Both the position numbers and the translations under genes were made by a program. A stretch of 64,000 nucleotides of DNA from a virus (Duplodnaviria; Caudoviricetes). The stretch lies in IMG/VR virus record IMGVR_UViG_3300011774_000001, positions 166,985 through 230,984 of that record, one strand, 5' to 3'. The notes under the pieces were generated by a model that was not told where the DNA came from, ran no database searches, and worked only from the letters and a program-made list of their open reading frames with translations. Below, in pieces: positions 28,961 to 38,287 of the stretch (position 1 is its first letter; every line of letters starts with the position of its first letter).

Positions 28961-29020
28961 GGCATAAACCCCTCCTCCCTTCGGGGAGGAGGGGACAAGC
29001 CTTATGCTTATTTTTTTTTT
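28961..29020. terminator. Bidirectional terminator-like hairpin
   Basis: GGCATAAA-CCCCTCCTCCC-TTCG-GGGAGGAGGGG-...TTATGC, then T10. Confidence 0.75.
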
Positions 29021-29023
29021 GTC

Positions 29024-29515
29024 TCAGTGGCCAAACTGAGCGTAGAAGCCTTTGATCTTCTCGACCTGCAGATCGTCGCTCAGGCAACGATGAATGCGGC
29101 CCCAGTCGTAACGCTGCAGGACGGCAGTGCGCGACATTGGGTCGCAGGTCTGGCACAGGAAGTGAACGATGCGTTCCAGGAAGTTACGGTCGCTCACAGG
29201 GATGGCCACCAGCATGTCCTGCCAGCGATTGCGGTAGCGAGGACCCATGCAGCCATTGCGGTTCTTGTAAACCCAGTCAGACAGAACTTGCCACGCCTGG
29301 ATAAAGTCTTGACCGTCCAGACGCAGCACGCCTTTGATGGCACGCATCAGCTTGGTTTGCTGCTCTACGCCTTCGTCAGCGGTAGTGGCACGCTTGACAT
29401 CCATGATCTCGGTGTAGCTCTTCAGGGCACCTTGCAGGGTCTCCAGAGCGACAGCACCTTTGGACTTGATCGCTACAACAGCGGCGGCTTGCTTAGCCAT
29501 TACTTCTTCAGCCAT
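29024..29515 (-). CDS. Conserved protein (phiKZ gp79-like by synteny)
   Basis: Start MAEEV with SD AAGGAG; downstream of the vRNAP fragment. Confidence 0.7.
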   Translation of the reverse strand: MAEEVMAKQAAAVVAIKSKGAVALETLQGALKSYTEIMDVKRATTADEGVEQQTKLMRAIKGVLRLDGQDFIQAWQVLSDWVYKNRNGCMGPRYRNRWQDMLVAIPVSDRNFLERIVHFLCQTCDPMSRTAVLQRYDWGRIHRCLSDDLQVEKIKGFYAQFGH

Positions 29516-29525
29516 GACAGGCTCC

Positions 29526-30809
29526 TTATGTGAAATGACGGGTTGGATCAAAGCGAGTGGTCTTCAGGGCAGTACCGTGAGCCTTACCCATGAAGATGTA
29601 GAGCATCATCGAACCCATGTCGGACGCCTGCCCACCCAGCGAGTTAGGGAAGCGCGCGTTCATGTCACCCATGCAGCGAGCACAGTAACCAGCACCTGCG
29701 GTGCGGCAACGTTGAGGACTACGCAGCAGAACGACTTTGTTCACGTACCGGGAGATGTTCTCCTTGGTCAGCGCGACAGTCTTGCCTTGTTCGATGATGT
29801 AGAAGCCGACATAACGATCGGCTTTGTTTGCAGCAATGCGACGACGGATACCCAAGATAGAGCCGCAGTCTTCCTCGGTGATCGAGTGGTTCTGGAATAC
29901 CCGGATCAGGTACTGTACAGCCTCACCCCCGAGTGCTGTTTGTGCACCCCGGTTAAAGGAACCCTCACGCAGACTGTTGGCATAGTCAGGCAGGTTCTTC
30001 AGGTTAAGACCTTCGTCCAGCGAGGTTGGGATCAGCGTTACGGAAGTACCGTCACCGAAAGCAGACTCCTCACCGTGCATGAGCAATGTCTTCATGCGAA
30101 CGATGTCAAAGTTCTTCTTACCGATGAGGTAATCTTCCGAGTCATCACCCTTGACCCATTCGCGGTCTATCTTGGACAACTCGCCCTTGATGATCGCAAT
30201 CGTAGCTGGGTCGTGGAGTCGGTCTTTGTATTGGACCAACAACTTGTCACGCAACTGACGAATCTTCGGATCGGTCACCAGAGACTTACGGGTCGTGCCT
30301 GGGGTAAAGATCTGGGTCATGCCCGAGAGGATACAGGCACAGGCTTCGGTGTACCGGAGATACTCCCAGACGTAGATCTTGGCCGGATCATTCTGAGAAC
30401 GATCAGGTGGGTTGCTGGTCAGGCGCTGAGCGATGATCTTTTCAATGTTACTTATCTTGATCGCATCAGGGTTGAAGGGGATCTTGCCGTTGAATGCGTA
30501 GACCACCACCACATGGTGCCACAGAACCCAAGCGTAAGGTGCAGAGCAATCTGCTTCACACCCCACGAAGTCGCCTTTCTTAAGGTCGACCATCTCACGC
30601 TTCTGATACAGGGGTTTGGTCGGGTCAGCCTCAAAGCGAAGCTTGGACTCACCGATCTTGACCACCCACTGTTTATCCTCAACGTAGGGCTCCATGTCGC
30701 CACCCTCACCACGGGTAACGGTAAATGCACGGATAGACCAGGCCAGTTTCTTGAACAGCCCCATCTCCATGCACTTTAGGAAGAACAATCGTTTATCAAG
30801 CGTTTCCAT
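29526..30809 (-). CDS. Virion RNA polymerase beta' fragment (phiKZ gp80-like)
   Basis: REGSFNRGAQTALGG bridge helix, EEDCGS, RSPQRC..YCARCMG; ends at the trigger loop. Confidence 0.88.
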   Translation of the reverse strand: METLDKRLFFLKCMEMGLFKKLAWSIRAFTVTRGEGGDMEPYVEDKQWVVKIGESKLRFEADPTKPLYQKREMVDLKKGDFVGCEADCSAPYAWVLWHHVVVVYAFNGKIPFNPDAIKISNIEKIIAQRLTSNPPDRSQNDPAKIYVWEYLRYTEACACILSGMTQIFTPGTTRKSLVTDPKIRQLRDKLLVQYKDRLHDPATIAIIKGELSKIDREWVKGDDSEDYLIGKKNFDIVRMKTLLMHGEESAFGDGTSVTLIPTSLDEGLNLKNLPDYANSLREGSFNRGAQTALGGEAVQYLIRVFQNHSITEEDCGSILGIRRRIAANKADRYVGFYIIEQGKTVALTKENISRYVNKVVLLRSPQRCRTAGAGYCARCMGDMNARFPNSLGGQASDMGSMMLYIFMGKAHGTALKTTRFDPTRHFT

Positions 30810-31638
30810 GACCGATTACCTTCGTCAGAATCCTGTTGATCTCGGACATGATACGCTGACCTGCCAGAGTAGAACCCAGCACTGGTTCAATCAACTTGGC
30901 CGTTTCCTGAATCAGGGTGTCACGATCCAAGTTAGAGATCAAAGCCATGCCTGCCACTTCAATGGCCATCTGGTCATGGGAAGCCCCTTGGAACCATTTG
31001 TCATTGTTGAGGATCAGGGTGTTCATGGATTGACCCAACGCAGCACCATCACGCACATAGGTCACCACCTTGGCTTCTGGATACATGGTAGCAAAGACGC
31101 GGAAGTCGCCCAGTGCACAGGTGGCCACGTTTGGATCTTCGTTCAGGATAACTGGACGCTTATTGAAGGTTTCCTCCAAGCGAGCAATCAAGCTGTCAGA
31201 TACACTCAGAATCCAGTCGATCAAATGACCATCGTGGTTCTTACCGGCCATTTCAAACAGCTCGATAAGAATGTCTTCGTTGCTGGCACCCAGTTCACGA
31301 ATGTCAGTGCCTTCTGGGTAGAACGTAGGCGACACACCTTCTGGTGTATCCCACATGATCAAGAATTCCAGCAGGTCAACCGTGCAGGTCAGAGCACCGG
31401 GTTCAAACTCGATCTCCACGCCAAACTTGGCATAAGCTTCGAGGATACCTTTGACCATCATTTGCTCAGCGTTACCTGCGATAACTTCAGCCTCAAGGCC
31501 TTGTTCGCCAATAACAATGTGTTCAATGCGGTCTGTGTAGCCGGTCATCCCGAAGCGGTAGAGAACGTTGAGGCCATGCATCAACTCTACCACCCGGTTG
31601 GGGTGATAAACGGCGTTAAAGAATTTCTCAAGGTCCAT
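30796..31638 (-). CDS. Hypothetical protein (280 aa)
   Basis: Start MDLEKFF at 31638; the longer ORF would overlap the divergent gene. Confidence 0.7.
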   Translation of the reverse strand: MDLEKFFNAVYHPNRVVELMHGLNVLYRFGMTGYTDRIEHIVIGEQGLEAEVIAGNAEQMMVKGILEAYAKFGVEIEFEPGALTCTVDLLEFLIMWDTPEGVSPTFYPEGTDIRELGASNEDILIELFEMAGKNHDGHLIDWILSVSDSLIARLEETFNKRPVILNEDPNVATCALGDFRVFATMYPEAKVVTYVRDGAALGQSMNTLILNNDKWFQGASHDQMAIEVAGMALISNLDRDTLIQETAKLIEPVLGSTLAGQRIMSEINRILTKVIGHGNA

Positions 31639-31745
31639 GGGGCACCTGAAGTGTGTTATATAGGAAGGGCGTCTACTAAGATATAGCGGCTGTAATGTGA
31701 TTATAATGAGCCCTATACGCACCCATCCAAAAGGAAATGTTCCAC

Positions 31746-32660
31746 ATGGCAAAAAAACAAGGCGGTTCTTTCGGCAGCCGCAAAGGCGTTCGTACTCCTG
31801 CGGTGATGGTCCAGGGTAACACCATGCGCTTTGGCAAAGATCCTGCCCCATGGTTCGCCGACTTCGACTCCCTGGCGGCTCAGTGCACCGCACTGACCAC
31901 CTCCCCTGCAATCGTGTTGACCTACATCCGCAACGAGGAGTTGATGGGTAAGGTTGACCGCGATGCACTGAACGAAAGCATCCGTTCCATGAACGAGTTG
32001 ATCCTGCGTGAGAAGACTCGTCTCAAGGCTCTGGTTGCTGAAACCAAGATCCTGCGTGAAGGCGCTCCGGCTGAAGGCGATCAGCCTGCCCGTGAAGCGA
32101 TCACCCGCGTTACCCAAGACAACACCATCCCGCTGCTCGACCACGGCGAGAAGTTCCAGGTGTTCATGAACGACTGGCTGCGCGTGATCTTCTTCGCGAT
32201 CGACCAGGTTCTGCAGCACTTCCGCGACGCAGGCGAGGAGATCCCTCTGATCTGCCCAGCGTCCCCTGGTTACGTTGAAACCGAGGCCACCATGGCCATG
32301 GAAGACGTCACCAAGGCTCAGGCCATCCCGTTCAACGAGATCGCCAATGAGGTCAACGAAGAAGACCACCTCGGCCAGGCCATCGTCAGCTTGCTGCAAG
32401 CCAGCCCGCTGAAGGCCCGTCACCGTAAAGGCTTCACCAGTCTTCTGGACATCACCGGCAAGGAGTTCGACAAGTTGGTCGCCGGCGACTATCGCCAGTT
32501 CAGCCTGACCAAACTCCGTGCCATCTACACCAAGATGGAGCTGGACACCTTGGAGGCCGACATTGCTGCGGCTGACGCGGCTGAAGGCGAGAAGCCAGCC
32601 CGCGGCATGACCAGTGCGATCGCTCACCTCGATCCAGTTCCTTTCATCAAAAGCGAGTAA
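31746..32660 (+). CDS. Protein with C-terminal XRE-type HTH-like domain
   Basis: LDITGKEFDKLVAGDYRQFSLTKLRAIY resembles XRE/HTH_37 helices 3-5. Confidence 0.6.
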   Translation: MAKKQGGSFGSRKGVRTPAVMVQGNTMRFGKDPAPWFADFDSLAAQCTALTTSPAIVLTYIRNEELMGKVDRDALNESIRSMNELILREKTRLKALVAETKILREGAPAEGDQPAREAITRVTQDNTIPLLDHGEKFQVFMNDWLRVIFFAIDQVLQHFRDAGEEIPLICPASPGYVETEATMAMEDVTKAQAIPFNEIANEVNEEDHLGQAIVSLLQASPLKARHRKGFTSLLDITGKEFDKLVAGDYRQFSLTKLRAIYTKMELDTLEADIAAADAAEGEKPARGMTSAIAHLDPVPFIKSE

Positions 32661-32663
32661 GTC

Positions 32664-34304
32664 ATGAACGTAGAAGATTCTGATCTGCCTGAAGAAGGCG
32701 CAGGTCTGGTCAGCGAGCCTGAGTTCGAAGTGGACGACAGTGTTGCGGTTCCTACCGCAGCTCTGCCACCGGCTGAACCTGCTCCAGAACCCCCTCGCAC
32801 CGAACTGGCTTTCGACGAAGATTCCGATCTGATGTCTGAAGCCGAGGCCAGCGGCAATGCCGAAGCCGAGAAGCCGTTCTTCGAGAACCGTCACTGGACT
32901 AACGAAAACGTCATCGCTCAAGACCCAATGGTCAAAGATCGTCCTGACAACTTCGCCCCTCCAATGACGCTGATCGTGCCGACCATGTCGTCCGAAGACA
33001 CTGAGCGCGTCGGTACTGCACTGTCTCCTGTCATGAAGCACCTGGCGCCTGCCAGTCGTGAATGGGTGCAGAAGGTGTTGGCTGGCCAGATGATGGTCAT
33101 GGCCGACGACATGTTCATGCAGGCCCTGGGTCGTGAAGGCTCCCAGTGGGTGCAACGTCCAGACTACGACGGCACCAAACTCGTTGCCCAAGTCCCTGGC
33201 GTACAAGCCCCTGCTCCGGGTGCAATCCTCACCGGCCAAGACGCCGAGATCCACATGGCGCAACAGACTGGCAAGTACGCTCGTCTGATGTTCCCTCTGG
33301 TCCACTCTGGCGTTTGGCTGAACGTGAACGTACCTGAAGGCGATGAGCTGCACACGTTGGAAGAACACATCGCTGCTGCCAAGTATGACCTGGGCTGGCT
33401 GTCCAAGGGTCTGGTGTACTCCAACACTTCGGTGCTGCAGAACATCATTCTGGCCAACTTCATCCTGGAACGTGTGGTGAACTCCTCGGCAGCCACGACC
33501 AGCGTTGAATACCTGAAGAAAGTCATCCGTGTAACCGACCTGAACCTCATGGCGGCTCACATGGCTTCGGCTATCTATCCTTCGGGCTTCCCGCTGGAGC
33601 GCCCATGTTCGGCTTCCCCGGTCAGCTGCCACGAAGTGACCAAGGGTATCCTGCGCCTGTCGAAGATCATCTGGGTTGACCAGAACGGTCTGTCGATCGA
33701 GCAGAAGAAGTTCATGGCCACTCGTCTCACCGGCCACAAGAAAACCATGGAAGAGTTCCTGAAGTATCAGGAGATGTTCCCTGGCGCTGAAACCCGTGTA
33801 GAGCAGATCGCTCCAAACGTCTGGGTTCGCTTTGCCGCTCCTACCCTGGAGCAGTACGAGCAGTCCGGCTATGCATGGATCGATTCGATCGAGCGCGATG
33901 CCAACCAGGTGCTCAGCAGCCCGTCTGGTGCTCAGCTCAACAGCTACATGACCAAGCAGTACCAACTGCAGTCGATGCGTCAGTACGCTCACTGGGTCGA
34001 TGCCATCATCTATCCAAACGACGTACAGGTCACTAGCCGCGAAGACATCAACAACCTGTTGGCCAAGTCTTCGTCCAACACCGAAATGGTTGAGAAGTTC
34101 ATGAAGGGCGTCAAGCGCTTCATCGACGACTGCACCGTGGGTGTTGTGGGTATCAACAACTACGACTGCCCGAAATGTGGCAACTCGCAGACCCCGGAAG
34201 CCTCGCGCAATCCGAAGTTGATCCCTCTTGACCCGATGCACACTTTTTTCACCCTCAGCGGCCTGAAGACTCAAACTATTCAATCGGCAAATATGGCGTA
34301 CTAG
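32664..34304 (+). CDS. Putative tail/baseplate assembly chaperone (G-type form)
   Basis: 546 aa; acidic N-terminus; CxxxxxxC and YDCPKCG Cys motifs; slippery heptamer near the 3' end. Confidence 0.6.
   Translation: MNVEDSDLPEEGAGLVSEPEFEVDDSVAVPTAALPPAEPAPEPPRTELAFDEDSDLMSEAEASGNAEAEKPFFENRHWTNENVIAQDPMVKDRPDNFAPPMTLIVPTMSSEDTERVGTALSPVMKHLAPASREWVQKVLAGQMMVMADDMFMQALGREGSQWVQRPDYDGTKLVAQVPGVQAPAPGAILTGQDAEIHMAQQTGKYARLMFPLVHSGVWLNVNVPEGDELHTLEEHIAAAKYDLGWLSKGLVYSNTSVLQNIILANFILERVVNSSAATTSVEYLKKVIRVTDLNLMAAHMASAIYPSGFPLERPCSASPVSCHEVTKGILRLSKIIWVDQNGLSIEQKKFMATRLTGHKKTMEEFLKYQEMFPGAETRVEQIAPNVWVRFAAPTLEQYEQSGYAWIDSIERDANQVLSSPSGAQLNSYMTKQYQLQSMRQYAHWVDAIIYPNDVQVTSREDINNLLAKSSSNTEMVEKFMKGVKRFIDDCTVGVVGINNYDCPKCGNSQTPEASRNPKLIPLDPMHTFFTLSGLKTQTIQSANMAY
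34244..34250 (+). other. Candidate -1 ribosomal frameshift heptamer T TTT TTC
   Basis: X XXY YYZ in the correct phase; the -1 frame is open from 34232 to 34792. Confidence 0.65.
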
Positions 34305-34792
34305 AGTCTTCGATCGTCAAGGCCAATGGTGGTCAGGTTGTTAACACAAGGCGTCACGTTAACGACCCCCACTTTGGCCTTGACACTGAGGTTTATGACC
34401 GAGAACTGGATCGTATCAAACAAGACACGATGTCACTCGGTGAACGCCCTGACAATGTAGACAGTGAGATGATGATGCGGGCTCTGTATGAGACTGCCTT
34501 CGGAATCCACAACCACTACAGTGGGAAGCAACATCCTTTTGCTCCGGTCGCGGCATATCCCAAGGAAGACTTCCTACCCTACTCCAGTCGTTTCCGAGAT
34601 TACGCTCGTTACATGGATGAGCGGATCTTAGAGGCCACTGGTATTCCGATGGACCGTTTCTTTGCCAGGCCGAGGCCTGAGATTGAGACGATCTTTGGGC
34701 TTGTCAGGTTGCGTAACAGAAAGCAGGTGGCTACCGCTGAAGAAGTGGCAGCAGCTGCCGCTAGAAAAATGAAAGAGGGCAAAGGGCAATGA
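34250..34792 (+). CDS. -1-frame extension (T-type part) of the chaperone; ORF track start 34430
   Basis: Open 66 codons upstream of the first ATG, which lacks an SD; C-terminal TGIPMDRFFARPRPEIETIF resembles GT/E'-type extensions. Confidence 0.6.
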   Translation, partial: HPQRPEDSNYSIGKYGVLESSIVKANGGQVVNTRRHVNDPHFGLDTEVYDRELDRIKQDTMSLGERPDNVDSEMMMRALYETAFGIHNHYSGKQHPFAPVAAYPKEDFLPYSSRFRDYARYMDERILEATGIPMDRFFARPRPEIETIFGLVRLRNRKQVATAEEVAAAAARKMKEGKGQ

Positions 34793-35100
34793 ACACCACC
34801 ATGCAGCAAGCCGCGCGTCAAGAGAAGCTCGATGATGCTTTGTCTGGTACGACTGTGCCTAACTCCATTGAGGACATGGGGTTGGTCATGGACCGCCATA
34901 CCAAGCAGATCATCAACTTCCGCCGTATGTTCAGTGAGTCCGAGGTGTGCAAGCATTTCGGTATCACCAAGGGCCAGCTCAAGAAAGCGATCAAGCGCAA
35001 GGAGTTTCCGATCGCCACTGTACTGCGTCCTGGCAACAAACCGTTCTGGGCAGATACCATCATTGCTCGGACCCATCGTCAAGATGATCCTGACCTGTAA
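34789..35100 (+). CDS. AlpA/excisionase-like HTH protein
   Basis: MFSESEVCKHFGITKGQLKKAIKRKEFP...PFW matches the AlpA pattern. Confidence 0.65.
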   Translation: MNTTMQQAARQEKLDDALSGTTVPNSIEDMGLVMDRHTKQIINFRRMFSESEVCKHFGITKGQLKKAIKRKEFPIATVLRPGNKPFWADTIIARTHRQDDPDL

Positions 35101-35101
35101 C

Positions 35102-35145
35102 GGCATAGCCTCCCTCCCCTTGCGGGGAGGGAGGGCTTTTATGCC
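35102..35145. terminator. Bidirectional terminator-like hairpin
   Basis: GGCATAG-CCTCCCTCCCC-TTGC-GGGGAGGGAGG-GCTTT-TATGCC. Confidence 0.75.
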
Positions 35146-36908
35146 ACGTCTTTATGATCTTCGTCGTACCAAGCCAGTAGTTCGTTAGAAGCTGGCAGGC
35201 CCAACAGTTGTTGCGCGATCATGTTGCCATTGACACGTCCACCTGTGAGGTCAATGCCAATCCACCTCCACTGATCTTCTTCCATGCCATCCACAGAACT
35301 CAACTCGGTCTGAGTAGTGAACTTGTCGATGTTCAGCATGTCTTGCAGTTTCGGATAGGTTGACACCACGTCGATGTCGGACACGTGCGTATGCAATAAT
35401 GTTCGATGTCCAAACATGTCGCGGATCAGGTCGGTGTCTGAATCTGGTCCCATGTACGCCGGTAGCGTAATGATCCAGTTCCCAAGGCCTGGGCTGGCCT
35501 GGTCCACCTCCGTCAACATCTCATCACTGGTTGTACCGGCTACCAATCCTCGGTTCAACAAGAAGAAGTGTAAGTCGTCAGCGATCATCTTCGGTTGAGA
35601 GTCGTAGTTACGATACTCAGAGCACTTCAGAAGAGCTGGCAGACACATGGAGATGTCTTTGGTGACCTCGTCCAGCATTTCCACGCCGATATCATCGTAC
35701 AAGTTGTATACGCAATATTCGACAGGGAAATACTTCTGCATAAACGCATGCCACTCGCCCTTGACATAACCGTCTGCTTCTTTGAACTTAAGCTTTGCAG
35801 CCAGCTTGTGTTTACGCAGCAGGTAGTCAAGGTTGTATTCAGGGTCGTTCGCAGACGCTGTACGGATGCGCTTATAAAGGAGCATCGAGTCACAGATCTG
35901 GAAGGACGCTTGTACGTCTACAGTGTGCCACTGGTCGATCGGGTTGATTGGAACCTTGGTGTCTTTACCACCATCCTTCTTGACCTTGTGTGCAGCCCCC
36001 TGACGCCACTTGAAGTTACGAAACTTACGAGGAATGCGGGGGTCGCAGAACACATCGCTTGGGTTGTAGCCAGCGTTCAGCAGGGCTTCTTCCGACTTGG
36101 GAATATCGAACGCCATGTTGAAGATGGTCACGTAGTCCGGCTGCCACTCATGGGCGGCCTCGAACGATGCTTGAACCAGGTGGGCAGGTAGATCAAGAAT
36201 ATTTATCTCCAAGCTGCTCGGATCAAAGGCATCAATCCCGCGCTTGGCCAGAATGTTCAGACCCTGCTTGCCCAACAACTCTTCCGTCTTCTCACGGACC
36301 AATTGCTTGAAGCGTTCTGGTTCTTTGTCAGCTTCTGGGATAGCCGACTCAGCAATCCAGTTGGACAGGATGTTCTGCCGCGCTTTGTTCTTGAGCGTGA
36401 TAGAGGCAATGATGATCTCCTTCTCTTCGGAGTTCATATTGGTCTCGATATCGTAGACCGCCACACTGGATGGAGTTGGGGTTCCACCGTATTTGTCGCG
36501 ATAGCCACGCTTGATCAGCACCGGTGTGTTGATGTCTGCGCCGTACAGGTAAGGTGACCTGGCCAGCTGTCGTAAACCCCCACGAGCAGCCGGGTTACCC
36601 AAGGCCCGTGCGACCTTATTATGTAGTTCATGCTGAGCGCAAGTGAACTTCCGAAGGTGCTTGTGAGGCGCCCATGGGCGCTTGTCTTTATGTGTTCGGT
36701 ACTTATCCAGCGTGACATAGAAGTCTCGTTGGTAGTTGTGGATCAGCCGCAGGTTCGGAATGATTCGACCGTCTTTACAGTGGATCAGTTCCTTGACGAC
36801 CACCACATCGTTAGGTGAGTAGTCGTTGGCCTTCGAATACGTGGCACTCACACATTCGTAGCGCTCGATCTCTTCTCTTGCGGGCAGTTCCGGGTACATG
36901 AAAGCCAT
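35139..36908 (-). CDS. Family-B DNA polymerase subunit: 3'-5' exonuclease plus motif A (phiKZ gp82-like)
   Basis: YDIET (ExoI), FNMAFDI (ExoII), YNLYD (ExoIII), DIDVVSTYP (Pol motif A). Confidence 0.88.
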   Translation of the reverse strand: MAFMYPELPAREEIERYECVSATYSKANDYSPNDVVVVKELIHCKDGRIIPNLRLIHNYQRDFYVTLDKYRTHKDKRPWAPHKHLRKFTCAQHELHNKVARALGNPAARGGLRQLARSPYLYGADINTPVLIKRGYRDKYGGTPTPSSVAVYDIETNMNSEEKEIIIASITLKNKARQNILSNWIAESAIPEADKEPERFKQLVREKTEELLGKQGLNILAKRGIDAFDPSSLEINILDLPAHLVQASFEAAHEWQPDYVTIFNMAFDIPKSEEALLNAGYNPSDVFCDPRIPRKFRNFKWRQGAAHKVKKDGGKDTKVPINPIDQWHTVDVQASFQICDSMLLYKRIRTASANDPEYNLDYLLRKHKLAAKLKFKEADGYVKGEWHAFMQKYFPVEYCVYNLYDDIGVEMLDEVTKDISMCLPALLKCSEYRNYDSQPKMIADDLHFFLLNRGLVAGTTSDEMLTEVDQASPGLGNWIITLPAYMGPDSDTDLIRDMFGHRTLLHTHVSDIDVVSTYPKLQDMLNIDKFTTQTELSSVDGMEEDQWRWIGIDLTGGRVNGNMIAQQLLGLPASNELLAWYDEDHKDVA

Positions 36909-36971
36909 GACTTTCTCCAGCGTGAATCAAAAAATTCTCTAAACAGTAACTCCCCTCGGTAGGACTTCAAC

Positions 36972-38276
36972 ATGACCCGTCGTCTTAAGCCCCACGCGCA
37001 CATGGTGCAAGAGGCCATTGCCCACCAAGGGCGTAGCCAGCTCTTCCGGGAAATCTGCTCGATCTTTCGCGAGATCAAAGAAGTCCCGTATAACGCCCTG
37101 ACCAAAGGCCTGCTCCAGAAGAAGGGGCTGGACAAGGTTATCCAGAAACACACGGGTCTGAACATCCCTGTGTACATCGACGTCGGCACCCCAGTCATCA
37201 ATGCCTACGTCTACCCTCCTTACCTGGATGCCAACCACGCCGTGTTCGCCGGCAACAAGTACGAACGCGACAACCCATGGATTCTGGACTACATCAAAAA
37301 GCAATCGGACAAAGCCTTCGGCAAATCCGAATCGATCTTCGGCACCGTGGACCGTGAGAAGTCTCGCGTTTCTGGTGACTTCACCAAGATCGAATGCCCG
37401 ATGTACATCACCCGTGTTCTGATCAACCACCCAGACGTGACGCCAGAGATGGCCACCTCCGTGGTGCTGCACGAGATCGGTCATGTGTTCACCTACTTCG
37501 AGTTCATGGGTCGGGTGACCACTTTCAACGGCGCACTGCAGGCTGCCTCTGAGCAGTTCTTCAAATGCGAATCCCGTGAAGACCGTCTCAAGATCGTCCG
37601 TGACGTGGGCGACAAGTTCCAGGTCGATACCGACGATCGCGATGCGCTGATGAATGCTCGCAGCAAGGACAGCTTCATTACTGTTCTGGCACGCGGCTAC
37701 GTCATCGACCGCAAGTCGAGCCTGGGTTCTTCGATCTATGACATCACCCTCTGGGAATCGCTGTCTGACCAGTTCAGCATGCGCCATGGTTCCGGTGTGG
37801 ATGGCGTCAAGATGATGGACCTGTTGTATCGCAAAGGCGGTTTCTCCGCTTACCACAGCACCCTGCAGCATGTCATCTTCACCCTGTTCAAGGTGTTGAT
37901 GTTCATCCTGTTCACCTTCTTCATGTTCGGCCTGCCGCTGTTGCTGTTGTTTATCAACCCGGCGGAGAAGATCTATGACGAGCCAGGTGCCCGCATGCGC
38001 CGCATGCGCAATGACTTCGTCTCTGGCCTCAAGTCTCCGACCCTGTCGGCTGAAGAGAAGGCCAAGATCGCTGAGGACGTCAAGGACATCGACAACATCA
38101 TCAAAGACCTTGATGACAAGCGTGGCCTGATCGAACTCTTCTACACCTCTTGCACTGCCGAGGGTCGTCGTCAGTACAGTCAGATGCAATTCCAACAGCA
38201 AGTCGAAAGCCTGATGGCCAACGATCTGTTGATTTCGTCGACTCGTCTGTCGAACCTCGCTAACCGTCTTTCCTAA
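36972..38276 (+). CDS. Virion protein with zincin-like HExxH motif and TM helix (phiKZ gp83-like)
   Basis: VLHEIGH, ESLSDQF, hydrophobic stretch near aa 300-325. Confidence 0.7.
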   Translation: MTRRLKPHAHMVQEAIAHQGRSQLFREICSIFREIKEVPYNALTKGLLQKKGLDKVIQKHTGLNIPVYIDVGTPVINAYVYPPYLDANHAVFAGNKYERDNPWILDYIKKQSDKAFGKSESIFGTVDREKSRVSGDFTKIECPMYITRVLINHPDVTPEMATSVVLHEIGHVFTYFEFMGRVTTFNGALQAASEQFFKCESREDRLKIVRDVGDKFQVDTDDRDALMNARSKDSFITVLARGYVIDRKSSLGSSIYDITLWESLSDQFSMRHGSGVDGVKMMDLLYRKGGFSAYHSTLQHVIFTLFKVLMFILFTFFMFGLPLLLLFINPAEKIYDEPGARMRRMRNDFVSGLKSPTLSAEEKAKIAEDVKDIDNIIKDLDDKRGLIELFYTSCTAEGRRQYSQMQFQQQVESLMANDLLISSTRLSNLANRLS

Positions 38277-38287
38277 GGAGCCCTGAC

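Noticed and set aside
31639-31968. N-terminal extension of the 390-aa minus-strand ORF (likewise the extensions from 1128, 13747, 56407 and 61687)
   Set aside because: Extensions overlap neighbouring genes; downstream starts fit better
31713-34283. 856-aa antisense ORF
   Set aside because: Mirror of strongly codon-biased + strand genes; no motifs and shadow-type composition
34789-35100. Prophage or excision module
   Set aside because: No integrase, att-like repeat or host genes in the window; the context is the lytic jumbo-phage core
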